This document shows positions 9,546 through 18,935 of a stretch of DNA of 64,000 nt, piece after piece. This DNA comes from an uncultured Puniceicoccaceae bacterium (GTDB lineage Bacteria; Verrucomicrobiota; Verrucomicrobiia; Opitutales; Oceanipulchritudinaceae). Numbering within the stretch: the first letter of the stretch is position 1; every line of letters starts with the position of its first letter. Under the pieces are notes generated by a model. The model searched no databases. It was given only the letters and a program-made list of their open reading frames with translations, and had not been told where the DNA came from. The DNA is taken from NCBI GenBank assembly GCA_963933835.1, contig CAWVVV010000001.1, forward strand, positions 416,001 through 480,000, given 5' to 3'. A program made the position numbers and the translations under genes.

Positions 9546-10681
9546 TTTTTTTTTCCAACTTCAGGCAATTGCCCGGCGAGGTCAGAAATCTCTTTGATCA
9601 GGCTGTCGATGGCCCGAGCTCGGCCGGCTTCCACTCCACGTAAGAGGGCGACTTCAAAATTCACTTTTTGCGAGAGCCCACGCTGCACGGCTTCTTCCGA
9701 GGCATGGAGGGTGTCGAGCATCCGCATGAGTGACTCGACAGACAGGCCGTCGCCAAAGCGGGCGCTCTTCCCACCGTTGCGAATCGCATCGAGAAGGATT
9801 TCCCGGAGGAGTGCCTGTAGGTCTAGAAGGATACGGTAAAGATCGAGGCCTCCCTCAGCCAGCCGCTCAACCATCGCCACGATTTCAGCGTAGTCTGCGT
9901 CGACAAGAGCCTTGGCGAGCGCCTCGACATCATCCGCTGAGGCCAAGCCATAGACGTTCAGAACATCATCAACGCCGATGCTTTCGCCACAGAAGGAAAT
10001 CATCTGGTCCAAAATACTCTGTGCATCGCGCATCCCGCCATTAGCGAGGCGGGCGATGGAAAGGAGCGCGGGCGGTGCCACTGTGATCTTCTCGGCATCG
10101 GAGATCTGGGAGAGGCGATCCACAATCACTTCGTCCGATATGGGGCGAAACTCGAAGCGCTGACAGCGCGAGGTGATCGTCGGTAAGACTTTGTGCGATT
10201 CAGTCGTCGCGAAAATAAACTTCACGTGGGCCGGTGGCTCTTCGAGCGTCTTGAGCAGCGCATTGAAGGCCTGCGCTGAGAGCATATGCACCTCATCAAT
10301 GATGTAGATCTTGTAGGTGCACTGAGCCGGAGCGTATTGGCAGTCTTCGCGCAGATCTCGCACCTGATCGACCGAGTTGTTCGATGCGCCATCGATCTCG
10401 ATCACATCCATGCAGTGGCCCGACATGATCGATTGACTGATTTCGCTCTCAGGATCCGGCGCGACCGATGCCCCACCTTCAGCATTCAGGGCCTTGGCGA
10501 GGATGCGGGCGGTCGAGGTTTTGCCCGTGCCGCGGGGGCCGACAAAGAGGTAAGCATGCGCAATGCGACCCGTCGTGATCGCATTCTTCAGGGTACGGAC
10601 GATATGGTCTTGACCGACCAATTCGTCAAACGTCTGCGGACGCCAGCGCCGCGCAATAACTTGATACCCCCCTTGAGACAT
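9539..10681 (-). CDS. dnaX: DNA polymerase III gamma/tau subunit (domains I-III, 380 aa in frame 0)
   Basis: [57 protein letters not shown]. Confidence 0.97.
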   Translation of the reverse strand: MSQGGYQVIARRWRPQTFDELVGQDHIVRTLKNAITTGRIAHAYLFVGPRGTGKTSTARILAKALNAEGGASVAPDPESEISQSIMSGHCMDVIEIDGASNNSVDQVRDLREDCQYAPAQCTYKIYIIDEVHMLSAQAFNALLKTLEEPPAHVKFIFATTESHKVLPTITSRCQRFEFRPISDEVIVDRLSQISDAEKITVAPPALLSIARLANGGMRDAQSILDQMISFCGESIGVDDVLNVYGLASADDVEALAKALVDADYAEIVAMVERLAEGGLDLYRILLDLQALLREILLDAIRNGGKSARFGDGLSVESLMRMLDTLHASEEAVQRGLSQKVNFEVALLRGVEAGRARAIDSLIKEISDLAGQLPEVGKKND

Positions 10682-10702
10682 ACGTGAGAAAATTAAAAAA
10701 AT

Positions 10703-10798
10703 GGCCAGGCACCCTACGGCACACGAGATTCCAAATTACCGTTGCTGCCTTCCGGCCCTGGCGGGATTCACAGGCCTCTCGTTGCATAGGACCCGACC
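10703..10798 (-). ncRNA. ffs: Bacterial small SRP RNA (4.5S)
   Basis: Minus strand reads GGTCGGG...GTGAATCCCGCCAGGGCCGGAAGGCAGCAACGG...CCTGGCC, with the helix-8 CAGG-CCGGAAGG-AGCA motif and paired ends. Confidence 0.93.
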
Positions 10799-11038
10799 AC
10801 CTTCAACGTCGGCCATCCATTCTAGGATTTCAACCCCCTTTTTCATTCTTCCAAGGAGAATGCATTCACAGCTCACTATTATCTACCAAGGCAGGGCGAA
10901 GGCCCTCCGCCATCCAATTCATGGCACCCATATAAAATGAAGCTGGCGGCGAATACCGAAATTCGCTAATTTAGTTTGAACAGACCCCGCTCTAACACCG
11001 ACATTTAGCATATCGATTGCTCTTTTTCTTAGAAATCC

Positions 11039-12082
11039 ATGCGAGCCTACTTCCTCCGGCGTTTGCTGCTCATTCCACCGACCCTCCTCGGGATTACGCT
11101 CATCGTCTTCGCGATCACGCGTTTTGTCCCCGGTGGTCCTGTCGAGCAACGGTTGCTTGAGATGCAGGGTGGCGCCACATCGATGGAGGGCAGCAGCGCT
11201 TCAAACCATCTCGGGCAACAAGCCGTTTCAGAAGCAGAAATCGAAAGGCTGAGGGCCTACTACGGCCTCGATAAGCCCTGGTATATCGCTTACGTCAATT
11301 GGCTGGGTAAAGTCGGCCGCGGTGACCTTGGTGAATCCTATCGATGGAATGAGCCCGTCACTCGTATCCTTTATAATGCCTTACCCATATCGACTTTCTA
11401 CGGGATAATCAGTTTCATTCTGATCTACTCGATCTCAATCCCTCTAGGGATGGTCAAGGCTCTGAGGCACAGGACATTTCTTGATAGCAGCACATCCATC
11501 CTTGTTTTTGCCGGGTATGCGATTCCTGGATACGTTTTGGGTGCCATTCTTATTTTCTTTTTCTCGATTCAGAAGGACTGGTTCCCATCCGGGGGCTTTG
11601 TTGGCTACGAATATCAGTATCTCATGCCCTTCGGCGTCTTCACCGACGGCGGCGCAATTTTGAGCCTGCTCCATCATGCGGTGCTTCCTCTCATCTGCTA
11701 TCTCATCGGTGGCTTTGCCTTAACCACCCTTTTGATGAAAAACCACCTAATGGATAACCTTGCGGCCGACTACATGCGCACCGCGGTCTCTAAAGGCTCA
11801 ACCTTTAAACGCGCAGTCTTCAAGCATGCGCTGAGAAACTCACTCATTCCGATCGCTACTACATTCGGACAAAATCTCGCTCTCTTCGTCTCTGGCTCAT
11901 TTCTCATCGAGTTTCTTTTCGATATCAATGGGTTTGGCCTCTTAGGCTTGGAATCAATTCTGCAGAGAGACTACCCCATCGTGATGGGAATCGTCCTCTT
12001 TTCCAGTCTCTTAATGCTAGTGGGAAATATCATTTCAGACATACTTGTCGCCATCGTCGACCCAAGGGTGCGCTTTAATTAA
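11039..12082 (+). CDS. Peptide ABC transporter permease (YejB/OppB-like)
   Basis: RRLLLIPPTLLGI..PGGPVE, GDLGES, KHALRNSLIP, QRDYPIV, VDPRVRF. Confidence 0.92.
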   Translation: MRAYFLRRLLLIPPTLLGITLIVFAITRFVPGGPVEQRLLEMQGGATSMEGSSASNHLGQQAVSEAEIERLRAYYGLDKPWYIAYVNWLGKVGRGDLGESYRWNEPVTRILYNALPISTFYGIISFILIYSISIPLGMVKALRHRTFLDSSTSILVFAGYAIPGYVLGAILIFFFSIQKDWFPSGGFVGYEYQYLMPFGVFTDGGAILSLLHHAVLPLICYLIGGFALTTLLMKNHLMDNLAADYMRTAVSKGSTFKRAVFKHALRNSLIPIATTFGQNLALFVSGSFLIEFLFDINGFGLLGLESILQRDYPIVMGIVLFSSLLMLVGNIISDILVAIVDPRVRFN

Positions 12083-12090
12083 TTTGCTCT

Positions 12091-13344
12091 ATGGGTGCTA
12101 CAAATTCAGTCGATACCCAGGATGAGAACGCCTTCTCTCCTTTAGGAAAAGGCGTTGTCCTCTTCGTCCTACTTCTGACTGGGATTCTTCTAAATAGATA
12201 TACGAATCCTTACTTCGCACTCAGTGGCATTATCACGCTTAGCTGGTCGGCACGCGGGCGCATGGGCTGGAAAGCGAATCCTCTTACGGTCCGTAAATTA
12301 AAGCGCTTTAAAGCGATCAAGCGTGGTTCAGCTTCATTTAATATCCTTCTCCTACTCTGGATCTTTTCACTCTTCGCCGAATTCTTCATCAGCAACCGAG
12401 CCCTCGTTGTTCGATACGACGGTCATTGGTATTTCCCTACATTTTCGAGTGTCCAGCTTGCAGGTGAGTTTGGTATCGCCGGGAGTGAACGTTTCGAGCC
12501 AGTCAACTATCGGGAACTGCAGGCTAGTTTCGCACAGGAGAATGGCTCAGGGAACTTCGCTATCATGCCGCTGATTCCCTACAGTCCGAATGAGAGCAAT
12601 TCCTACAATGGCATCCTCAGACCCGAGCCACCCAGCTGGAGCAATCAGCATCTTCTCGGCACGGACGAAACAGGCCGCGACATTTTTGCCCGCCTCATCT
12701 ATGGTTTCCGCATCGCCATCTTCTTCGCCCTCGCATTCACCGTCTTCACTTATCTCATCGGAGTCGTCATCGGATGCCTGATGGGATACTTTGGAGGCCT
12801 AACGGATCTGCTGGGGCAGCGGTTGATCGAAATCTGGTCGAACATTCCTTTCCTCTATACCGTCATCATCATCTTCTCGATTGTCCCGACCGATTTTGAA
12901 GTCAGCATCAGAATCACTATCTTGCTTGTTGTCATGGTCCTCTTCTCATGGACGGGCATGACCTACTACATGCGCTCGGGCACTTTAAAAGAGCGAGCTC
13001 GTGACTACACCTCTGCTGCGATAGTGCTGGGTGCTTCACCCTCGAGAGTCATCTTCTCACACATCCTCCCGAACACCCTCTCCACCCTCGTAACCTTTAT
13101 GCCCTTTACGATCAGCGGAGCGATTGCGGCGATCACAGCTCTCGATTTCCTCGGCTTCGGGCTCCCTGCGCCCACCCCAAGCATAGGGGAACTTTTGAAG
13201 CAGGGGCAAAGCAACATCACAAATGCCCCTTGGATCATTACCTCGGCCTTCGTCTCTTTGACTGTTTTACTCACCCTTATCACTTTCGTCGGTGAAGCCG
13301 TGCGCGAAGCCTTCGACCCGAAAAAATTCACCCAATATCTCTAA
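12091..13344 (+). CDS. Peptide ABC transporter permease (YejE/OppC-like)
   Basis: HLLGTDETGRDIFARLIYGFR, HILPN, LDFLGFG, GEAVREAFDP. Confidence 0.92.
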   Translation: MGATNSVDTQDENAFSPLGKGVVLFVLLLTGILLNRYTNPYFALSGIITLSWSARGRMGWKANPLTVRKLKRFKAIKRGSASFNILLLLWIFSLFAEFFISNRALVVRYDGHWYFPTFSSVQLAGEFGIAGSERFEPVNYRELQASFAQENGSGNFAIMPLIPYSPNESNSYNGILRPEPPSWSNQHLLGTDETGRDIFARLIYGFRIAIFFALAFTVFTYLIGVVIGCLMGYFGGLTDLLGQRLIEIWSNIPFLYTVIIIFSIVPTDFEVSIRITILLVVMVLFSWTGMTYYMRSGTLKERARDYTSAAIVLGASPSRVIFSHILPNTLSTLVTFMPFTISGAIAAITALDFLGFGLPAPTPSIGELLKQGQSNITNAPWIITSAFVSLTVLLTLITFVGEAVREAFDPKKFTQYL

Positions 13345-15449
13345 TGAAGACTATGAAATTCACCTTTCGGGCAATGGGCCTTTGCGCAGTTGTTATTCTT
13401 ATCACCGGTTGTGGCGGAGGAAAAGATTCAGATAATCCTACTACATCTCAAGAGATTCAATCTGGCACCGCCCAACGCATGCCTATCCCGGCCGAAATAC
13501 AGCAGTTTTATGACGCCAAAGTCAGCCTGCCACCTGCTCTCTACGAAGACCTTGAAGCCGGCCGCGTCACGCAGGAAGAGATCGATCAGCGCACGGCCTC
13601 AGGTGAGTTTCCAAAGCGTTTCGAATTTAAGACGCTCGATGATTTGCCCAGCGATCTCGTCTGGGAAGACGGCATGGAGCTCGAAGAATTCGGTTCCTCT
13701 GAGGCCAAGAAAGGCGGCACTTTTTATTACTTTTTCCCTGACTTTCCTCGCACCCTCCGTGTCATCGGCCCTGACGCCTCGAGCGCCTTTAGAAACTATC
13801 TCCTAGATAATGTAACACTAGGACTTGCTGCGAGACATCCAAACAATCCAAGCATAGGGGAAAACGGCTTCACCTACTACGCGGAGCTCGCAAAAGAATG
13901 GTCATTAGATAAAGCCAACAATACAGCATACATTCGACTTAGACCCGAAGCAACGTGGTCTGATGGCGTTCCCATCACGGTCGACGATTTCTTTTACTCA
14001 ATCTATTTCCATACCTCCGAGCACCATCAGCAGCCGTTCTATATAAACTATTATAATCGGAATATCGTGCGCCTAGTGAAATATGACGACTACACTTTTT
14101 CTATAACAGTCGCAGAACAAAAACCCGATTTTACTGGCAGCGTTTTAGCGCTCCCGCCCATGCCGATGCACCACTACGGCGTCATGGATGAGGACTACAT
14201 CGACAAATTCCAATGGGTATTCCAGCCGACAACAGGCCCCTATGTAATTCGGAAGAAAGACATCAATAAGGGTAATTTCATACGCCTCAACCGGAACGAT
14301 AACTGGTGGGCAAAAGACCTGAAGTTCCAGCGCTATCGATACAATTTCGACGTCATTCACATCAGCACGATCCGCGACTACGAGAAAGCGATCGAAGTCT
14401 TTAAGAAAGGTGAAATTGATATCTTCCCGATCAACATCACCCACTGGTGGCATGAAAAAGTAGCGAACGACGATCCGCTCGTGACCAGTGGCTACATCCA
14501 TAAATACATCTTCTACAATGATCGCCAACGCTCAACCCGTGGCATATGGATTAACAAAGCGGTCGCTCCGATGGATGATATCAATATTCGTCGCGGCTTC
14601 CAATACTCGATGAACTGGGGCCGTGTAATCAATGAGTATAATCGAGGCGACTATAAGCGCCTTAATACCGTCAACGATGGCTATGGTCCCTTCTCACACC
14701 CGAGCCTGAAAGCTCGCGCCTTCGATGTAGAGAAGGCACTCGAATACTTTGCCAAAGCGGGCTACAACAGCCGCAACGATGAGGGCATTCTTATCGATGA
14801 GAATGGAGAGACTCTGCGCATCACCCTGACAACCCCATGGCCCTCCGCTGAAAACGAACTCACGATCCTTCAGGAAGAAGCCTTGAAAGTCGGCCTAGAT
14901 CTCAATCTAGACCTCCTTGATTTCACCACCGGCCTCAAGAAAGTGAATGAGAAAAAGCACCAAGTGGCCTATATGGGCGTAGGGGGCGGCGCTGAAATGA
15001 CCCCACGTTACTGGGAATATTTTCATTCGAAAAACGCTTTCCAGAATGCCTTTCTCGAAGATGAATCCGCGAATCCCGAGCGAAAACTTCAGCCCAATAC
15101 AAACAACACAATGAGTGTCGCTGACCCTAAAATGGACAAGCTCATTGAGATCTATCGCTCCTCATCAAGTGCAGAAGAGATGCAAGGTCTCTCTCACCAA
15201 ATCCTAGAGATCATTCATGAAGAAGCGGTCTTTAATCCTGGTTACTATCGGCCCCACATTCGCACCGCGTCATGGCGCTGGGTCCATTGGCCAGAAGATC
15301 ACAATGTGAGGATCGCGAGCAACTTTGAAGAATTCTACCTCGCTTGGATCGATGAAGATGAAAAACGCGAAACCCTCGATGCGATGAAGAAGGACAAAGA
15401 ATTTCCCGCCGTGATCGAAACACATGATCAGTACCTAAAAGCAGAGTAA
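13344..15449 (+). CDS. Family-5 solute-binding lipoprotein (YejA-like)
   Basis: Lipobox ITG-C, AKKGGT, LRPEATWSDGVPITVDD, TGPY, YNFD. Confidence 0.9.
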   Translation: MKTMKFTFRAMGLCAVVILITGCGGGKDSDNPTTSQEIQSGTAQRMPIPAEIQQFYDAKVSLPPALYEDLEAGRVTQEEIDQRTASGEFPKRFEFKTLDDLPSDLVWEDGMELEEFGSSEAKKGGTFYYFFPDFPRTLRVIGPDASSAFRNYLLDNVTLGLAARHPNNPSIGENGFTYYAELAKEWSLDKANNTAYIRLRPEATWSDGVPITVDDFFYSIYFHTSEHHQQPFYINYYNRNIVRLVKYDDYTFSITVAEQKPDFTGSVLALPPMPMHHYGVMDEDYIDKFQWVFQPTTGPYVIRKKDINKGNFIRLNRNDNWWAKDLKFQRYRYNFDVIHISTIRDYEKAIEVFKKGEIDIFPINITHWWHEKVANDDPLVTSGYIHKYIFYNDRQRSTRGIWINKAVAPMDDINIRRGFQYSMNWGRVINEYNRGDYKRLNTVNDGYGPFSHPSLKARAFDVEKALEYFAKAGYNSRNDEGILIDENGETLRITLTTPWPSAENELTILQEEALKVGLDLNLDLLDFTTGLKKVNEKKHQVAYMGVGGGAEMTPRYWEYFHSKNAFQNAFLEDESANPERKLQPNTNNTMSVADPKMDKLIEIYRSSSSAEEMQGLSHQILEIIHEEAVFNPGYYRPHIRTASWRWVHWPEDHNVRIASNFEEFYLAWIDEDEKRETLDAMKKDKEFPAVIETHDQYLKAE

Positions 15450-15456
15450 CCGCAAT

Positions 15457-16470
15457 TTGGATACATCACGAAAACTTCTTCAGGTCCGCGACCTCGTCTC
15501 TGCCTTCGACACTGACGACGGCCAAGTCACCGCTGTTGACCGCGTAAGCTTCGAGGTCGAAGCGGGAAAAACTCTCGGTATTGTCGGTGAGTCTGGCTGC
15601 GGGAAAAGTGTGACAGCATTCTCATTGATGCGTCTTCTTCCCCAGCCGATGGGTAAAATCCTCGAAGGGGAGATCCTTCTCAATGGGGAGGATATTTTGA
15701 AGCTTCCCCCCAAGGAAATGCGCAAGATCCGGGGCGAAACAATTGGGATGATCTTTCAAGAGCCGATGTCTGCGCTCAATCCGGTGCAACGCATCGGCAA
15801 GCAGATGAGTGAGGTCTACGAGCTCCACCGATCGAAGATGTCGAAGAAAGAGACCTGGGAGGCTTCGATCGAAATGCTCCGAAAGGTGGGAATCCCCTCT
15901 CCCGAACTACGCATCGGAGACTTCCCGCATAAGCTTTCAGGTGGGATGCGCCAGCGCGTCGTCATCGCCATGGCCCTCGCCCTCAAGCCCAAGCTCGTCA
16001 TCGCAGATGAGCCGACGACTGCACTCGACGTCACGATACAGGCTCAAATTCTTGATCTCATGAAGTCACTTCAAGCGGAGATGGGGATGGGGCTCATCAT
16101 GATAACACACGACCTCGGCGTTATCGCTGAAACCTGTGATGATGTTGTCGTCATGTATGCAGGTCGGGTTGCAGAAAAAGGAAGCGTCGAGCAGATTTTC
16201 CACCATCCTCAGCACCTCTATACGAAAGGTCTTCTCAATTCGATCCCCCGACTTGATCACCCCGCCAAGACACCTCTTTCGACCATTCCTGGCCTCGTCC
16301 CCAGCCTCAGCCAAATGCCGGTCGGCGCCCGCTTCGCCCCACGCTCCTCGCACCCAGAAGTAAAAGAATACTTAGCCTCCGAAGCCTTTAGATCCAAGCG
16401 CCCTGAACTCGTTGAAGTGGAGCCAGGTCACTGGGTCGAAGATGAGAAGGTAGTGAGGAATTTTGAATGA
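15457..16470 (+). CDS. Oligopeptide ABC ATPase (OppD-like)
   Basis: GESGCGKS, LSGGMRQR, IADEPTTALD. Confidence 0.93.
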   Translation: MDTSRKLLQVRDLVSAFDTDDGQVTAVDRVSFEVEAGKTLGIVGESGCGKSVTAFSLMRLLPQPMGKILEGEILLNGEDILKLPPKEMRKIRGETIGMIFQEPMSALNPVQRIGKQMSEVYELHRSKMSKKETWEASIEMLRKVGIPSPELRIGDFPHKLSGGMRQRVVIAMALALKPKLVIADEPTTALDVTIQAQILDLMKSLQAEMGMGLIMITHDLGVIAETCDDVVVMYAGRVAEKGSVEQIFHHPQHLYTKGLLNSIPRLDHPAKTPLSTIPGLVPSLSQMPVGARFAPRSSHPEVKEYLASEAFRSKRPELVEVEPGHWVEDEKVVRNFE

Positions 16471-16962
16471 TGAATAATGAGTGATGAATGGACAGTAGAT
16501 GACGAAGCATTCGATTTTCCTGCTAGCGTCGAAGAGGAGTGCTCCAAATACGGAGGAAGGAATATCCCAACACGGACCAAGCAATTTGCGCTTAGGATCG
16601 TGAAGGTAGCACAATCCCTCCCCCACTCGAACGCCAGCCGACACTTTGCCGACCAGCTCATGCGTTCAGGAACATCCGTCGGCGCCCATCTGCATGAAGC
16701 CAGACGCTCTCGGTCAGATGCAGAAATGATTAGTAAAATTGGAATCGCCCTCCAAGAGCTCGACGAAACTGACTACTGGCTGTCTCTCACCATTGGTGCT
16801 CAACTCCTGCCTCTCGAACGACTCTCAGCTCTCAAGGCAGAAATCCAAGAGCTCATCGCCATTCTCACCACATCAAGCAAAACCCGTAAATCCCGCCGAA
16901 AACAAAAGTAGACTACGCGTTACAGCAGCTAATTCATCACTCAGCATTCATCATTCAAAATT
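16459..16962. mobile_element. Four-helix-bundle gene cassette bounded by 31-bp heptamer-built inverted repeats
   Basis: Left arm 16459-16489 AATTTTGAATGATGAATAATGAGTGATGAAT matches the reverse complement of 16932-16962 at 29 of 31 positions. Confidence 0.65.
16477..16911 (+). CDS. Four helix bundle protein (23S rRNA IVP/Avd-like family)
   Basis: RTKQFALRIVK, QLMRSGTSVGA, EARRSRS, ELDETDYWL, ELIAIL. Confidence 0.9.
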   Translation: MSDEWTVDDEAFDFPASVEEECSKYGGRNIPTRTKQFALRIVKVAQSLPHSNASRHFADQLMRSGTSVGAHLHEARRSRSDAEMISKIGIALQELDETDYWLSLTIGAQLLPLERLSALKAEIQELIAILTTSSKTRKSRRKQK

Positions 16963-16965
16963 TCC

Positions 16966-17961
16966 ATGCCCCCGCCTTTACTTCAAACCTCTGACCTAAA
17001 GATGCACTTCCCTGTTAAGGGCGGTGTGATTCAGCGCACGAAGCAATGGGTGAAGGCAGTTGATGGCGTCGATCTTGCGATCAATGAGGGCGAAACACTG
17101 GGCCTTGTTGGCGAGTCGGGTTGCGGGAAGTCTACTCTAGGAAAATGTATTGTAAAACTGAATACACCGACAGAGGGTAAAATCAACTTTCGAGGCCATG
17201 ATCTATCCGGATTGTCAAACAGGGCGATGAAGCCACTGCGGCGTGACATTCAGATGATCTTTCAGGATCCGGTGGAATCGCTTAATGCCCGCCACACAAT
17301 TGGGCAAATCCTCGAAGAGCCCTTTATTATTCACGGACTCGGGAATGCAACGGAGCGCAAGCGGAAGGTCGCTGAGCTCGTCGAACGCGTCGGTCTTCAG
17401 CAAGATGTCATTGCGCGCTACCCTTTTGAGTTCTCTGGCGGGCAACGCCAGCGCATCGGCATCGCACGAGCGATCGCTTTACGACCGAAGTTCATCGTCT
17501 GCGACGAGCCTGTCTCGGCGCTCGATGTCTCGGTGCAAAGCCAGATTTTAAATCTCCTTCTTGATCTTCAGAAAGACTTCGGGCTGACCTACCTTTTCAT
17601 CGCGCATGATCTCGCCGTCGTGAAGCTCATCAGTGATCGTATCGCGATCATGTATCTCGGGAAGATTGTTGAACTCGGGCCGGCAGCAGAAGTCTTTAAG
17701 AATCCACTACACGCTTATACAAAAGCGCTCATCTCAGCCATCCCACATCCCGACCCGCGCAAAAAATCCGAGCGGATCATTCTTCAAGGCGACGTCCCCT
17801 CTCCGATCGACCCGCCCAAAGGCAGTGCCTTCGCCTCCCGAAGCTGGATGCCTTGTCCAGATGAATGGAAAGAACGCCCCGGCAAGTTCATTGAAGTGGA
17901 CCCAGGACACTGGGTCGAAGTCCACCCAGCGACGTTTGAAGATTGGCAGGAATACCTCTAA
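16966..17961 (+). CDS. Oligopeptide ABC ATPase (OppF-like)
   Basis: GESGCGKS, FSGGQRQRIGIARA, CDEPVSALD, GDVPSPIDPP. Confidence 0.93.
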   Translation: MPPPLLQTSDLKMHFPVKGGVIQRTKQWVKAVDGVDLAINEGETLGLVGESGCGKSTLGKCIVKLNTPTEGKINFRGHDLSGLSNRAMKPLRRDIQMIFQDPVESLNARHTIGQILEEPFIIHGLGNATERKRKVAELVERVGLQQDVIARYPFEFSGGQRQRIGIARAIALRPKFIVCDEPVSALDVSVQSQILNLLLDLQKDFGLTYLFIAHDLAVVKLISDRIAIMYLGKIVELGPAAEVFKNPLHAYTKALISAIPHPDPRKKSERIILQGDVPSPIDPPKGSAFASRSWMPCPDEWKERPGKFIEVDPGHWVEVHPATFEDWQEYL

Positions 17962-17984
17962 AAGAGTCTTGGAATTGACCTTTT

Positions 17985-18538
17985 TTAGACTTCGCCTTCA
18001 ACCATTCTGTCCTGGAGACCAATGATGCTTTCAATCTCTTCTTCGAGGGTGAGGCACTCTTCTTTCGAAGCCTGTCCGCCAAAGAGCTTAAACTCATTCT
18101 CTCGCTTCATGATCACTCTTAACTGGTAACTCACGCTGGTCCCATTCTTCGATCGAGTGACTTTTCTAGCGGTGTAGAGTTGATCAACCTCCGCCACAGC
18201 AACGGACCTATCGCCAAGCCATTTCAATGGATAGGAACGAACCGTAAACGTTGTCGGAGAAATTGTCACATCCGTCTTGTTCACAAAAGATGCGACCATC
18301 GCATAGGTGACTAAAAGGCCCACCAAAACATGAATGACCGGAAAGAGAACCGCCTTCATGTCAGGTTCATTCTGATTCATTAGAGCCGTATACAAAACAA
18401 CCAACATGCCGTCCAAAAGAGGACGAAAAACAGGAGGAAGAAAGACTTCGTCCCAAACCACTTCCGTCGGATCGTGATGTCATCCATTCCGGGGATGAGC
18501 TCGATGTTCTTCGGCAAAGGGCGATTACTCAAAGTCAT
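17985..18538 (-). pseudogene. Frameshifted membrane protein gene
   Basis: MTLSNRPLPKNIE..RRKWFG..LFFVLFW continues after a one-base shift near 18419 into DGMLVVLY..LFPVIHVLVG; start region duplicated (22 bp). Confidence 0.6.
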
Positions 18539-18565
18539 AAGGGCGATTACTCAAAGTCATAAGGG
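18517..18565. repeat. Perfect 22-bp tandem duplication
   Basis: aagggcgattactcaaagtcat occurs twice, followed by aaggg. Confidence 0.95.
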
Positions 18566-18633
18566 TTGTAGAGATTGTTCCTAAATCGTTTTAGCGATCA
18601 AAATGATCTGCATTGGACACTTCGTGAAGACAC

Positions 18634-18669
18634 AAAAAAGCCCAACGCCAAAAGAGGAAGTTGGGCTTT
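18634..18669 (-). terminator. Probable intrinsic terminator
   Basis: AAAGCCCAAC...GTTGGGCTTT stem with A-run. Confidence 0.6.
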
Positions 18670-18705
18670 GAAATATTAAGCTAGAGCAAGCTGATGCGCT
18701 AGACG

Positions 18706-18867
18706 CTACTTCTTCAAAAGGATGTAGAAGGCGTGAATAATTGCGCCAATTCCGCGAGTAAAGATCAGGAGCCCAATGTTAATGACTAAGTCCATTCCAG
18801 CACCCTTTTTCAAGAAAACAAGGACGGGTGGAAGGAAGATGGCGAGGAGGATATCAACAATAGACAT
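18706..18867 (-). CDS. YqaE/Pmp3 family small membrane proteolipid (53 aa, below the ORF-track cutoff)
   Basis: MSIVDILLAIFLPPVLVFLKKGAGMDLVINIGLLIFTRGIGAIIHAFYILLKK. Confidence 0.85.
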   Translation of the reverse strand: MSIVDILLAIFLPPVLVFLKKGAGMDLVINIGLLIFTRGIGAIIHAFYILLKK

Positions 18868-18935
18868 GTCATCAGTGTGCCACATTCTTTTTTACAGGGC
18901 AAGCTGTAAAAAATGCCCTCACTGATGGCACTCAA

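Noticed and set aside
16414..16440. Repeat GAAGTGGA.CCAGG.CACTGGGTCGAA shared with about 17893-17919 as a target-site duplication
   Set aside because: Explained by the paralogous C-termini (EV.PGHWVE) of the two ABC ATPases
16477..16911. Diversity-generating retroelement (Avd-like gene)
   Set aside because: No reverse transcriptase or TR/VR repeat pair in the window
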